Positions 34,793 to 49,194 of a stretch of 64,000 nucleotides of DNA are shown here, one piece after another. The stretch spans positions 81,403,485 through 81,467,484 of the forward strand of contig NC_068986.1 in the NCBI RefSeq assembly GCF_001194135.2. Direction: 5' to 3'. The first letter of the stretch is position 1; each line of letters begins with the position of its first letter. The position numbers and the translations under genes are program-made. Source of the stretch: Octopus bimaculoides (Eukaryota). A model generated the notes under the pieces. That model was given only the letters and a program-made list of their open reading frames with translations. It had not been told where the DNA came from and did no database searches.

Positions 34793-35548
34793 CAGTAGTA
34801 GTAGTATACGCAACATCGTCAGCATATCGAATAAAATACTTAGTAGCTTTCCTTCTGATTCTTTACATTCTGAGTTCAAATACTTCCATGGTCAACTTTG
34901 CCTTTCATCCTCTCTGGATCAATGAAACAAAGTACCAGTCATATACTGGGGTTGATGTAACCAGTTAATCTCCTGTCACTAAAACTGCTGGCCTTGTGCC
35001 AAAATTTGAAACAGTTATTATTATTTTCTGAAGTATGCTCTGGCTTCTTATTATAAATACATGGTCAACTGATGAGGAGCATCATATTTGTAAGATCAAA
35101 TAGTTGAACAAAAACAAAACATGTACAACACCTGGTAAAAACAAATATAACATGTACAACACCTGGTAAAAACAAACAATGCCTACATTGTGTATCCTGC
35201 ATGGAGTAAATATCCGGGTTATAAATAAATATTCATATTAATAATATAATATTTATAGAGTTAACAAATAAATAAAACAGAACACAGCATATAGTACATC
35301 CAATTACAAATGATCAGTAAAAGTATATTACATATGTATCAGAATTAAAAACCTTATCATCAACACAAACTACAAATCTATAGACCATAGGAATGTTCCT
35401 TAAGTAAGCAATATAAGAATGTAAATATAAGAAAAAAATCTAACTTAAACTGCTATGTCAGACACACAAATGTCTGGCTGGCCTTGTATTTGCAATAAGG
35501 AGCCATTACCATACATTATACCTCAGAACATAAAACTAGATAGAAATA

Positions 35549-35920
35549 GGCCCAGGAGTGGCTGTGTGGTAAGTAGCTTGCTTACCAACCACATGGTTCC
35601 GGGTTCAGTCCCACTGCATGGCATCTTGGGCAAGTGTCTTCTACTATAGCCTCGGGCCGACCAAAGTCTTGTGAGTGGATTTGGTAGACGGAAACTGAAA
35701 GAAGGCCATCGTATATGTGTGTATGTGTTTGTCCCCCTAGCATTGCTTAACAACTGATGCTGGTGTGTTTACGTCCCCGTAACTTAGCGGTTCAGCAAAA
35801 AGAGACCGATAGAATAAGTACTAGGCTTACAAAGAATAAGTCCTGGGGTCGATTTGCTCGACTAAAGGCGGTGCCCCAGCATGGCTGCAGTTAAATGACT
35901 GAAACAAGTAAAAGAGTAAA
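35549..35920 (+). mobile_element. Full-length tRNA-derived SINE, second family (CORE-like cttgggcaagtg segment, internal (TG/TA)n)
   Basis: Head GGAGTGGCTGTGTGGTAAG...GGTTCAGTCCC; copies at about 5637-6176(-), 44405-44570(+), 48010-48320(+), 62100-62230(-) and 62510-62860(-). Confidence 0.85.
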
Positions 35921-37154
35921 TGAATAACACTAACATTATGTAAAAATTCACAGTGTATTACAATATTAGCAATAAAAGCCATGTTAGAAATGATAAACAA
36001 TTTTTTCGATCTATTAAAATTAAAAGAGTTAAATGTTAAAGGTAAAAGGGTGCAAAAAGAATGGAAAAAGCATAATGTTAACAAAACTTGTTAAGTCCCT
36101 GTATTGAGGAAGGTATATGTGAGCAAGGAAGATAATTGATGGTATCTATGGTAGAAAAACCTGGGGAAGCTACACATGGCAGACATAGTTAGTGGAGTTA
36201 CATAAGATATAGGAAAACTAGAGAGAGTACTTGTAGTTAGGCAAAGTACAGGGACAGGCAGTGGAGGGTATTTGTAACAAGGGAAGATGAGACAAAGTAA
36301 CTGTGGCAGAGGCAGACTGATGGAGAAAAGTACCCATGGTAGACTGCAGTTGGGGAGCATTGTGAAAGATATTTATATTAATGGTAAATATAGGGAAAAG
36401 TGGTGAGATCAGAGAAAAGAAAGTAAAGGATGAAGGCAAATGGGAAATAAATATAGATGATAATGATGACAGTGATGATGATGACTATGATTTTAAGAAT
36501 AAACACCTTTCATCTATTGTGATATCAGAATTAGTTTCTCAGTTACACACCATTAATTGTATTATTCTTTTACTATTTACAAACATATTACATCATATAC
36601 ACCAAATATAACAGTGGCTAGTTGAACTAAGCTGAACAATATTCCCTGAAGTATGTCCAGGCGAGAGACAATCACAGTGTTAGACAATTCAGACGATTAC
36701 ACTGACCTAAGTCATTAGGTGACTAACTCTCACTTGTAAAGAACTACTGACCTCAGTGAAATAGTTTTCAGTCTGTAATTTCATTTGTATCATGGCCACC
36801 AACTAAAAATGGTTACAATTATTTTGTGTCAATGGTGCACCTGAGGACAGTTATCTCTCGACACGACACTGAAACTTTTCTGGTAAACAATTCACTTGAT
36901 TGCATTCCGAACTCAGGATTCTAAAAATCTGTTGCACCTTATTGTGTGTTATCCCTGGCATAATTGTCCCTTATCACCGCACAATGTCACTGAAGTTAAG
37001 TTATTAATTTTATGTTTTATTTGCTTTCTTCATAATCATTATTTGTTTTTCTGGTAAAAATAGTTTTATCTAAACAACAATGCTCTGTTACTGGCTGTAA
37101 CATCAGTACTATCATTATGTATGCATGTAACTTTACACACTTATATATGTGCCA

Positions 37155-37700
<546 letters not shown>

Positions 37701-37728
37701 TATACATATACATATTGACATACATATA

Positions 37729-37945
37729 CAAGGGGTTACTGAAAAGTTCCTGGCTTTAAGGGCATCGTGAAAGGCCTAGTCGGAGGCCCAACCTTCTGAG
37801 TCTTTTTACAAAGTTTAGAAAACCTGAAGGACCTTTGCAATAAAAGTGTGAACCTGAGAGGGAAATATTTTGATTAAAATCATAACTAACTGAGCCTCCT
37901 ATATTTTCTTTTATCCAAAGCCAGGAACTTTTCAGCACCCCCTTG
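37729..37945. mobile_element. 217-bp mariner-type MITE
   Basis: About 29-bp TIR CAAGGGG(T/G)T(A/G)CTGAAAAGTTCCTGGCTTT; TA on the left, mutated to TG on the right. Confidence 0.8.
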
Positions 37946-38600
37946 TGTGTGTGTGTGTGTGTGTGTGAGCACGCAAATGTGTGTGTGTATTTATAAATTC
38001 AAATTATGCAATAAAAGCAGATCTACAATGTACACATTATCTATGCAATATACTTACCATACATGTGTTGTTTAAATGTTAGAAGCTGCAGTTTTTCACC
38101 CAAGAAAATCCCGTTAAAGACAGATAGTGTTAATAAAAAGGTAAAACACATACCTATCTCTGAAGTATATTGTACTTTTTTTAATACTATATATCTTTAA
38201 TAGGACTTTTCCTATTTAAAATGCCACACATGGTGTTTAAACAACACATGTACATTAAGTATGTAGTATTGATAATATTTATATATACATATATATAATA
38301 AATATATAAGAAATGTATACTCATATTTTTGTATATGTACAATAATTTTTATTTAATACATTCAGTGTGTTAGTTCATATTAAGTTCTATAATTCTTGGG
38401 GAGGCATTGTCCATTTTGTAGATATTTCTCTGTTTTTCTATGTAGTATTTTTTAAATGTCTGTGCTTTGTAACTATAAGTATATGTTGAGTTATGTTTGA
38501 GATTTGATGTTTGTATTTGTGATATTAAGCAGGTGTAGACAAAATGAATATATTGCTTTAATATTTCACTCCTGCTTATTTTCTCTTGATTCCCAAACAG

Positions 38601-40994
38601 TGTTTATGATTTTGATGCTGTTGACATTACCGGATTGAATGATACTGCCCAGGTGTCAAAACTATAATGAAATCTATTAGACAGCTGATGATGGATGTAT
38701 ACGTTTGATGTACTTACTGGCTATGAATCTTTTGTATGTTCTTGTGTTTCTAAGTTGTTCTTCACTGAAGTCCTAGTTCTCATAGGATTGAAATTGTATG
38801 AGAGTTCTTGGTTTATGGTAGTTTTGTCATTTATATTATACTATACATTGATATTGCATGATTGTTCTTATAGACACATGCATGCATACATACATACATA
38901 CATACATACATACATACATACATACACACACACATACATGCATACATACGTACATACACCCACATACACACACACACACATATGATGTGTGTATGTCTCC
39001 CTGTCTTGAGACCGTGTATGTATGTATGTATGTATGTATGTATGCATGCATGTGTCTATAAGAACAATCATGCAATATCAATGTATAGTATAATATAAAT
39101 GACAAAACTATGGTGTCAGCAAATGTCACCATCATATAAGGAGCGTTGTTCAATTACAATCTTCCATAAAAATATGCCTGGCCTTTGGAAACATGTTTGG
39201 GTTGGCAACAGGAAGTGCATCTGCCCATAGAAAACTTATCTCTACAAATTTTGCCTAACTCATTCAAGTATAGAAAATGGATGTTAAAATATGACTTGCT
39301 TTGGCCCTCAACTCCCAATGGAATCAGAAAGTATCATGAATAGAGCCATAACATATGGTGTATCTTGGGTATTTTCAGACATGACAGCGCCCATCATTCT
39401 TCAGAGAAAGGAAGAGAGATAGACAGAAAGAAAGACTGATAGAAAAAAGGAATTGACACCCACCTCGTAAAGGAATAGTGCTTTATTTACTGGCACTGAA
39501 AAGATGCAAAGCAAAGTTGGCTTCACCAGTATTTCAACTCAGAATGCAGAAGCTCAGTATATTGCCATGAGACAGTCTATCCAATGCTCTAACAACTTGG
39601 CCAGTTCAACACATTATACTTGTGTGTCTCTATGTGTATGTGTGAAGGTGCATGGCCTGGTCGTTTGGAGTGTTTGACTTACACTCATAAGGTTGTGGGT
39701 TCACTTTCTGAACCCAGTATCAGGTTGTGTCTTTGGGTAAAGCACATTATTTCACATTGCTCCAACCTACTCAGCTGTAAATGAGCATTAGCCTTGTACT
39801 GGTGCAACCCTTCCTCATATTGGATGGTGATGAAGTGGCTAAGAATGTTGAAACACTGCATTAAAATCAAAGGTTCTGAGTCCAAATTCAGCAAAAGACA
39901 CCATATTTATTGTATAGTCATACACATATACATAGCACTTAGATAATCTCAAAGGTAATAGAGACAGCTATTAAACAACTTTCTCATTCACCTTGAATCT
40001 TTCTCCCTCCTTCATCACAACAAGAACAGTTTTCATAAAGACGGGTCTGCAGCTGAGCTGCACTCACATCATACTTCAGTGAGTTCTCACCTTCAAGAAG
40101 ATAGGAGTTGGACACCTAAAAGTTACAGAGATCGAATTGATTAAAACAGTGTTAAAGAAAACAAAACATGAAGATTTTAATTCTTTTGTGTCAAAGACTC
40201 TTTTTATGTAAAATTTAACATACATAACCTATTTACAAATGTATGAAGTGATCTATAAATTAAAAAACTGTAACTCATGAGCTCGATCCTAACAATTTTT
40301 AATTAGTATTCAGGTGAATGCCTAAAAATAATTTCATATCAAAGTAGCAGTGTAGTCTGATATAACAATTTATTACGTACTGTTAATTATTTACTTAGGT
40401 AACTTTTAATAATTAAATTGTTCTTTCTAAGCGATTGTCAAGAACATTACGATAAATACCCGCTCTTATATAAACAAAAACAATCCGTAAGTTTAAAACT
40501 CGTTCAGTCTCAAGGTGAGAGCAAATTATTTACCTGTTTACAGACAGGAAAATATCTTTGAAGTGTATAAGTAAAAAGCAACTTTAGGAAAGAAAAATAA
40601 ATAACCATGTTGCAAACGGATAATAGAACTGTTTCTCTTTCTGCTTTTGTATTTAAATAAATAATTAACAACAAAAGAGAAGAATTAAAAAATGATTTTC
40701 TTTTTTAAATAATTAAATAAACTGTGCCAAAATCTGTTAAGGTTTGGGTAGAAATACTATTTTTCTTTCAGTTGAAATGTAGAATGTCTGGCAAAAACTT
40801 TACTGAATTATAAAAGAATTAATCTGCCTTATGTAATTTTGAGAGTAATCTAAATCTTGTTGGAACTATTATGATATGATTTTTCTCAAAGAAAATCATG
40901 ATTACTTTAAATGATGGTAACAATGTTCTATTATATTTTTGTTCTAGCTGATAGTAGGGAGAAGTATGAGGTTCTGAAGGGGGAAAGCAACTGA
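38601..40994 (+). other. Tentative cluster of small exon-like segments (38601-38652, 40025-40078, 40432-40514, 40948-40994)
   Basis: Each has a pyrimidine tract plus AG and an open frame; the first three end at a GT and the fourth at a stop. Only the last two join in phase. No homolog recognised. Confidence 0.2.
38819..39110. repeat. Perfect 95-bp inverted repeat with 102-bp spacer
   Basis: 38819-38913 is the exact reverse complement of 39016-39110 (about 70 bp unique plus about 25 bp of (ATAC)n). Confidence 0.92.
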
Positions 40995-41519
40995 GCCCAA
41001 AACCCATTTAAATTTTCTCACCACTCAGAGAAATACAAACATCACAATTTGATTCTCGTCTGTAAACCTTTGGTCAGTTGTCATCATTTTTGTTGTTGTT
41101 GTTGTCATTTTCATTTTCTTGATTTAAATTCCTACTCTTATAAACTGTATCATAAACCAAACAAGAAACTTTCATCCATACATAAACAGTCCTGTTACCC
41201 CCTGTAGTATTTAAAAACCTGATAGCTAACATAAGTAATAGGATATGAAATCTCTTTTCTAAACAAATATTTGATAAGGCAGCCCCCTGTTATAACAATG
41301 CCCTAACTAACAGTAGCTTCAAAGATAATATATATTACAACCCTGAAGGGTTGTTATATAACTTATCATAAAAATATACCTAAAAATAGACCTAGGAAAA
41401 TAATTTGGCTTACCCCTCCTTTCTTCCTAAATGTTAAGACTACCAAATTCATGTCTATTTTAGATAAACTTTTCCCAATAAAGCACAAATACAGGAAGAT
41501 TTTTAACAGACACTCAATT

Positions 41520-42010
41520 AAGATATCATACAGCTGCTGCCCCAATATGAAGAACATTATAACTTGTGAAAATCACCAAGAGCCCACTCTCAGTTGTAGC
41601 TGTTAAGACCCTGAAGCTTGTCCACTTCACCTGGCTTGTATGATAAACTCCGTGATATACGAGACAGAAGTAACAGTACTGCTTCAAGATAAATCAATTG
41701 AGAAAAAAATTACATCAGGTTATGTGAAAGGGTTTAAAAAAACATTATGCTTATATTCTTCCAGCACATGGACAAAAATAATGCAGCTAAGCTGGCTAGC
41801 CATGGATGGAGTTTCAAGACCAGCTCCTTACTGTATACAATCAAGTGGAGAATCATGGAGATCCAAGCCTGGATCTATGAAATGCAACTTATGTGTAACA
41901 GAAAGATCTCATCTTCTTAGATCTAAGAATACCAACACACTACTTAATTCCAAATCTGAAACTTTTAGCAGGTGTGAACACACAGACAGGTTTCTTTTGT
42001 CAAATTAGAG
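41520..42010 (+). mobile_element. Penelope-like element fragment (GIY-YIG endonuclease C-terminus), degenerate
   Basis: SVIYETEV ... KCNLCVTERSHLL...LLNSKSETFSRCEHTDRFLL matches the Penelope C-terminal CNLC..EK...LN.RSE....CRH...F.L pattern, with frameshifts. Confidence 0.72.
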
Positions 42011-42318
42011 GACACTAACCACTTTGGATTGAGTTGCTGTCTTGCAGAATTTGATTATGTCTTGCAGAATTTGATTGTTATTTTGTTCTATACCATGTGC
42101 ATTAATTGTGGTTTCTGCAATCAGAGAAGATGGAGATCTTAGTTTTCTTGCTTCTGTTTCTTTCTTCTTCTTTCATTTTTTGCATCAACCTTCTTTACAT
42201 TGTTCTTCTTGTTTTATCTTATTTTTTCACTGTCTAGTATCCTTGTTTGTAAAATATATATAATGCATAAACAGAGCCTGAAAGATTGCTTGGAGATGCA
42301 GGGCATATTTCATAAATA

Positions 42319-43172
42319 CATGGTCTGATCAATAAGTATCCGGACTGTTGCCATAGTAACTAAGTTAAAGCACATAGAGTGAAGTGGCTTTGTACAGATT
42401 AACCTTGCATGTGCACTAAGTTTCAACATTTTAGCTCACTTCCGCTGTTTATGGCAGTGCTTGGAAGGAAGGTGTGTAGTGTATGATTGTCACATTGATC
42501 ATGACGAAGAAAGTTGAGCAGAGAATCTGAGCAAAGTTAAGCAGAAATTTTGCTAAAGGCTTGGTGATACCTGCTCAGAAGCCTACACAACATTTTCAAA
42601 AAGGTTTCATCATTCTCGACACAATCAAGGAGATCTTGTGCGACTGAAACCCAAACTTGGCAGACACATATTTCATACCCAAATCTTCAATGATAATGGA
42701 CTGAACTGAACTGTAACTAATCTGCACATCCTCTAATAACTCATGGATAGTGATTTGACGATTTACCTTCACAGCTGCATGCACATCTGCAATGTTTTTC
42801 TCAGTTCTGCTGGTTGCAGGTCACCAAAAACATTCGTCAAGGTTGACATTTTTCGGTCATCTTGGAAACGTCTGAACCCCTCGTACACTTGTGTGTAGCT
42901 CTTACATTCCTCTCCATACACTTTCTGCAACCTTGCATAGGTCTCTGAGCAGGTATCACCATGACAACTTTCTCTGTCATGGTCAATGTGACAATCACAC
43001 GCTACACACCTTCCTTCCTTCCAAGCACTGCTGTAAACAGCAGAAGTGAGTCAGAATATTAAAACTTATTGTGCATGCTCAACAGAGTTCAAGGTCAATC
43101 TGTGCTAAGCAGCTTCATTCTGTGTGCTTTAGCTTCGTTACTATGGCAACAGTACTTATTGATCAGACCTCA
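42319..43172. mobile_element. Fold-back mariner derivative made of two 5' ends in inverted orientation
   Basis: Both ends carry GGTCTGATCAATAAGTA...CTGTTGCCATAGTAAC plus about 200 bp of shared 5' leader and the transposase start (MT.KV..., GDTCSE.Y); flanked by TA. Confidence 0.82.
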
Positions 43173-45665
43173 TATGCCAAGTTAAAATATCATAAAAGCA
43201 TGAAACTATTAGTAGCTTTTTTTGTTGTGTATTAAATTGATGTGTGTGTGTGCGTGTGTGTGTGTATGTGTGTGTGTGTGTGTGTGTTGTGTATGTTTTG
43301 ATGCAGCAGCATCAAAATCATTATCATCATTTTAGATCTCCTTTCCATGTTAGCGGAGATTGGAGAACTTGTCCCAATCTGAGTTATATCTAATTGGGAA
43401 TAACTACTTTCACAGACTGGTGCTGGTACATGCCATTTGGTTTGGTTTCTATGCTTGAATGCTTTTCCTATCATCAGCCATTCTACAGAGTGAAATGGGT
43501 ACATTTTTTTATGTTACCTATCCACACTAGAAAAGTCAATAAGTTCTCAATGAGAAAGGGCTAAAGAGAGACACACATGCACACATTTGTGTGTGTTGTG
43601 TTTGTGCAAGCACACACGTATGTATGCACGTGTGTGTGTATGTCCTAGTCTTGATATTGCATGTTAATTGTAAACAAACATCATCATTCAAGCAATATCA
43701 TATAAGCATATTTGCAATCTTCTGAAAAGACATATGTAGCCAGTGCTCTGTTTCGATTTGAAAGTCTGGGAGAAACACGCATATTACTTTGCTGGGAAAC
43801 TGGTGAGAGTTGCTGACAGAAAAAACATCCAGTCAGGCAAAAATCTACCTTAATGAATTTTGTCTGACCCATCCAAGCATGAAAAAGTAGGCATTAAAAC
43901 AATGATGATGATGGTGGTAGTGGAGATGATGACGACGACGACGATGACGACGATGATGACAATGACGACAATGATGACGACGATGACAACATATGCATCT
44001 ATTTACTGTGTTCTATATGCCCATTTTCTTTAAGCAGTTATTGTCAGTTTATTTTTTTTTAAATGTTGGAGTGAATATGTTAGGTCATTAGTGTGACATA
44101 TGATGGGATGGCTGTTGTTGGAGTTGAAACTAACAGATCATCTTACAGTTTGGTGATCACTCCTCGGAGAAGGCATACCTGACTTTCTTCTTGTTTAATA
44201 TGCTAGCTGAATGCTCTATACCGTTGACTGGAGGAAGAAGTTCAATATGCTATGAGGAGCAAGTCAACAACCTCTGAACTGATCAATCAGGAGACTCTCT
44301 TCCTATTTTTTTGTTTTGATTTTTATTTTGCACATAACTGTCACAGAAAGAATATATTTACATTCTTTTTTCATCCTCAGTAAGGCTCTGTAATATCTGA
44401 ATTTAGTGTGGATGTGTAGTAAGTAGCTTGTTTCTCAACCACGTGGTTTCAGGTTCAGTCCCACTGCATGGCACTTTTAATGTAAGTGTCTTCTACTATA
44501 GCCCCAGATCAACCAAGGTCTTGTGAGTGGATTTAATAGGCAGAAACTGAAAGAAGCCTGTCATATTTGTGTGTGGGGGGGTGCATGGGGGGGGTCTGTA
44601 TGTGTGTGTGTACATATGTGTTTTACTGTGGTCTCCTTGCTTTGACATCGTATGGTGTCTGGTTATGGAAAATATTACCTTGCCTGGAAACAGGTGGGGG
44701 TTGGTGACAGGAAGGACATCCAGCCATAGAAATTCTGCCTAACCCGTGTGAACATGGAAAAGTGACTGATAAACTGGTGATGACGACCATGACAATGATG
44801 ATGATAATTTGTGTTCACCAGATTTGCTGTATTGTGCATAAAACAGATAAAATTAAAATGGTTTTATGCTTTTTAAACTTGTCCAGCATCATGATGAAGA
44901 GAGAAGAATTATACAGAAGCAAACTCTATTTTGGATGGTCCCTGGCAGGAAAAATGTCATCAAAGGGGAGAGAATCTCTTTTCAGTTAAATTCTTAAGTT
45001 AGACATATTTCAATTCTTTCTTCTTTTTTGTTTGTTTTTCTTTTCTCATTAATAAAAAAGAAGGTGCAGACACACAAAATTTCACTTTTGGCAGGTGAAG
45101 TAGCAGTATTTGTCAGTTCAAGAACCACTGGAATAGTGGTAATGGTGGTGGTAGTGGTGGATAATAATAGTGGTCGTAGCTGTGGTAATGGTGGTGGCGA
45201 TGGCAGCAGTGGGGGTGGTAGCAGTGGCAGTGATGGGTGGTGGTGGTGGTGGTGGTGGTGGTGGTAGTAGTAAGTGGTAGTAAGTATGTACAACTCCCAC
45301 CGATGAACATTTGGCATTATGATGTTCGTTGGTTTCACTTTACATTGTTGTTAGATAATCTACTCCCTAACCTGATGATGTAAGCAAAACACACAGACAC
45401 CACACCTGTAACAGTCAAAAGTATATTCCCAACCTCTCTCTCTCTCTCTCCCTCTCCCACTCCCCCTCTCTCTCCCTCTCCCACTCCCCCCTCTCTCTCT
45501 TTCTCTCTAAAACTTTGCTTCAGTGATAAGATTAAAGTCTAGTTTGTAGAGTTATTTACTGCTTGGTACTAAAGGGAGGAATCATAAGAGATGGTTTGTT
45601 TTATCTAAATCAGAAGTACTCACTGTTGCAGTCACTGGAATTATGCCTGATATACTTCCTCTAAG

Positions 45666-45697
<32 letters not shown>

Positions 45698-45949
45698 TTC
45701 TGAATATTAGTGTTGGATGGTATATAATGACGGTTTAGATGGTATGTTGGGTTGTAAATGGCATGTAAAGGTCATGGGTGGGCCTATGAAGATCAGAGCT
45801 GGAACACCTCTGATCAAAGCTACTTTTGTCAGAGATAGCAAACTTGAGGCAAGTATCACTAACAACAAAGCATGTATTCTACACAATCTGTCTTTCAATC
45901 ACTACTGCTGCTGCTGCTACTACTACCACTACTACTACTACTGCTGCTG

Positions 45950-45994
<45 letters not shown>

Positions 45995-46268
45995 AGCATT
46001 TTGCCCAGCATGCTAACAATTCTACCAGCTTGCTGCAATAATAATAACAATCCTTTCTGCTATAAGTAAAAGGCCTGAAATTTTGGGGGAGAGGTTAGGT
46101 CGATTACATCAACCCCAGTACTCGACTGGTACTTAATTTATCAACCCCAAAAGGATGAAAGGCAAAGCTGACCGTTGGCAGAATTTGAACTCAGAACGTA
46201 AAGACAGACAAAATGCCTCTAAGCATTTTTGGCTGGTGTGCTAATGCTTCTGCCAGCTTACCGCCTTC

Positions 46269-46343
<75 letters not shown>

Positions 46344-48589
46344 GTGTCAAATATAGTGCACCCATCCTGAAATGGACACGAGTGGAGATTAACTAATTTG
46401 ATTGCATTACCAGAAAAACAATGACAATGCACGATGCCCTCTACCCTAAGGTGAACGTACATAGATTCTACATGAAAAGGTGTAAAGGTGAACATCACAA
46501 GAAAAGTAGATACATAGATTGAAAGAAAAGATGATACATAGATATATACACATATTGTTAAATTAAAAATGGGAAAGAGGAGGGATACAGAGGAAATGAG
46601 AGACAGTAGATACATAGATCGAAAGAAAAGTTGATACTTAGATACATAGACACATTGTTAAATCAAAGACAAATAATTACAGCAAATCTTGGATGTCACT
46701 TTCACTTTTCATTACCACATGAGGATAAAATTAATTTGCAAGTGGTTGAGTATTCCATACACATGCATACCATTAACGTAGTTCTCAGGGAGATTCAGCC
46801 TCACAAAAAATATGACAAGGCTGGCTCTTTTGAATTATAACTCATTTTGGCCAGCTGAGTGGACTGGAGCAAGATAAACCTTCAAGTGGTTGGAAGAAAA
46901 CGAAAAATGATCTTATATAGGGACAGGAAAATCTTTTTAGCTATTAGGGTCACTATGGGTGTTAATCTTGTCCTAACAGTAGCATTTGTGGGTCTCACAA
47001 ATGTGGAGGCCAAACCCCCAGATAAACACTAATGTGCAGTCTATTGTTATCAAACTGAGCAGGAGTCGAGGGCAAATACATGACGGAATAGCAATTATTT
47101 CGTCTTGGCTTTCTCTACTTATACTGAACATATGACATTTTTGCCTTATGATATGGAACATTTCCTTTTCTTTCACTTTCTTTAAAAAATGGCACTCCGT
47201 CGGTTACAAGGTTCCTGTTTATCTGATCACTGGAACAGTCTGCTCATAAAATTAACATGCAAGTGGCTGAGTACTCCACAGACATGCATACCTAATATTG
47301 TTCTCAGGGAGATTCAACCTCACACAGAATGTGACAAGGCTGACCCCTTTGAATTACAGCTACAACTCATTTTTGCCAGCTGAGTGGACTGCAGCAAGGT
47401 GAAGTAGAGTACCTTGCTCAAGAACACAATGCATCGCAGGGAATCATACTCATGACTTCACAATCGTGGACCGAATACCCCTAACCACTGAGCCATGCAT
47501 CTTCACTCTCTTAACCATAAAGAAAAGGAGTGAAAGTGATAGAGACAGAGAAAGGAAAGCGTCAGTCATTTACAATGGCAATTAGACTGAAATACGATTG
47601 ATCTTTTCTAGCTTCTTTACTATTAACAATGAAAAAGGAAAGACATTTAGTAATGAATAGAGGGAAAGTCTTTCAGGTGTTTACATTTTTATTCTGGGAG
47701 TTCTAAAACAATCAAATGTTAGTGCTCTCTTCTTTCCTCTATCCTCGGTATTTATTCGCCTTCTTTCATAATTTTTCATGTCTTTTAGATGGGGGGAAAG
47801 ACCATGCTTTTCTTTCAGGCATGTTTAACATTTTCTCTACAAACAAGCCCCACTCCCTAACTTTCTTTTTTTCATACAAAAACTAATGCAAATTTCGAAC
47901 GGGGTATAGCTGTGAAAAGAGCCCACAAAAATGGGTAATACCCCCCTACAAAATAGGTGGGGGAGAAAAGTTGCCAGCAGGTTGCTACACGAAATTCAAC
48001 TCATACTTTAAAGACTGTCTTCTACTATAGCCTCAGGTCAATCAAAGACTTGTGAGTGAATTTGGTAGATAGAAACTGAAAGAAGCCTGCCATATATATG
48101 TATGTATGTATATATTTATGCGTTTATGTCTGTGTTTGTCCCCTCCCCACCGATGTTGGTGTGTTTGCGTCCCTGTAACCTAGCTGTTCCACAGGAGAGA
48201 CTGATAGAATAAGCACTAGACTTACAGGGAATAAGTTAAGAGGTCAATTTCTTTGACTAAAGGGTGGTGCTCCAGCATGCCACTGTCAAATGACTGAAAG
48301 AAGTAAAATAATAAAAGAATACCAGAAAAACGTTCCATACCACTAAACCAAGAAGGTTCTCTGAATATGCATGATGTATTTTAAGGCTAAATAGTAATTC
48401 TGTTTACATTTGCATAACTGAGGTATTTTGGTTGGATTATAGTCATTGGTTTTACACTTGTTTCTATATTCTGTAAGTGTCACAATATAGAAACGTTTCT
48501 CATGGCACCAGCACACAATTTACAGATGCTTACATTTTTTATGTTTCCTGTGAAGTTTTCACAGATCCAGCTTGTAAAAATAGTAATAG

Positions 48590-49194
<605 letters not shown>

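Noticed and set aside
35115-35175. Short direct duplications (28 bp here; about 105 bp at 46500-46660; about 45 bp at 18320-18420)
   Set aside because: Ordinary slippage duplications with no other structure.
40092-40116. Minus-strand mini-exons (also about 44180-44230 and 40532-40553)
   Set aside because: Splice signals are good, but no phase-consistent chain or recognisable peptide emerges.
45285-45350. miRNA-like hairpin CCGATGAACAT...ATGTTCGTTGG with a nearby CTGATGA
   Set aside because: Only about 12 contiguous pairs with a poorly paired outer stem, and the ribozyme core is incomplete.
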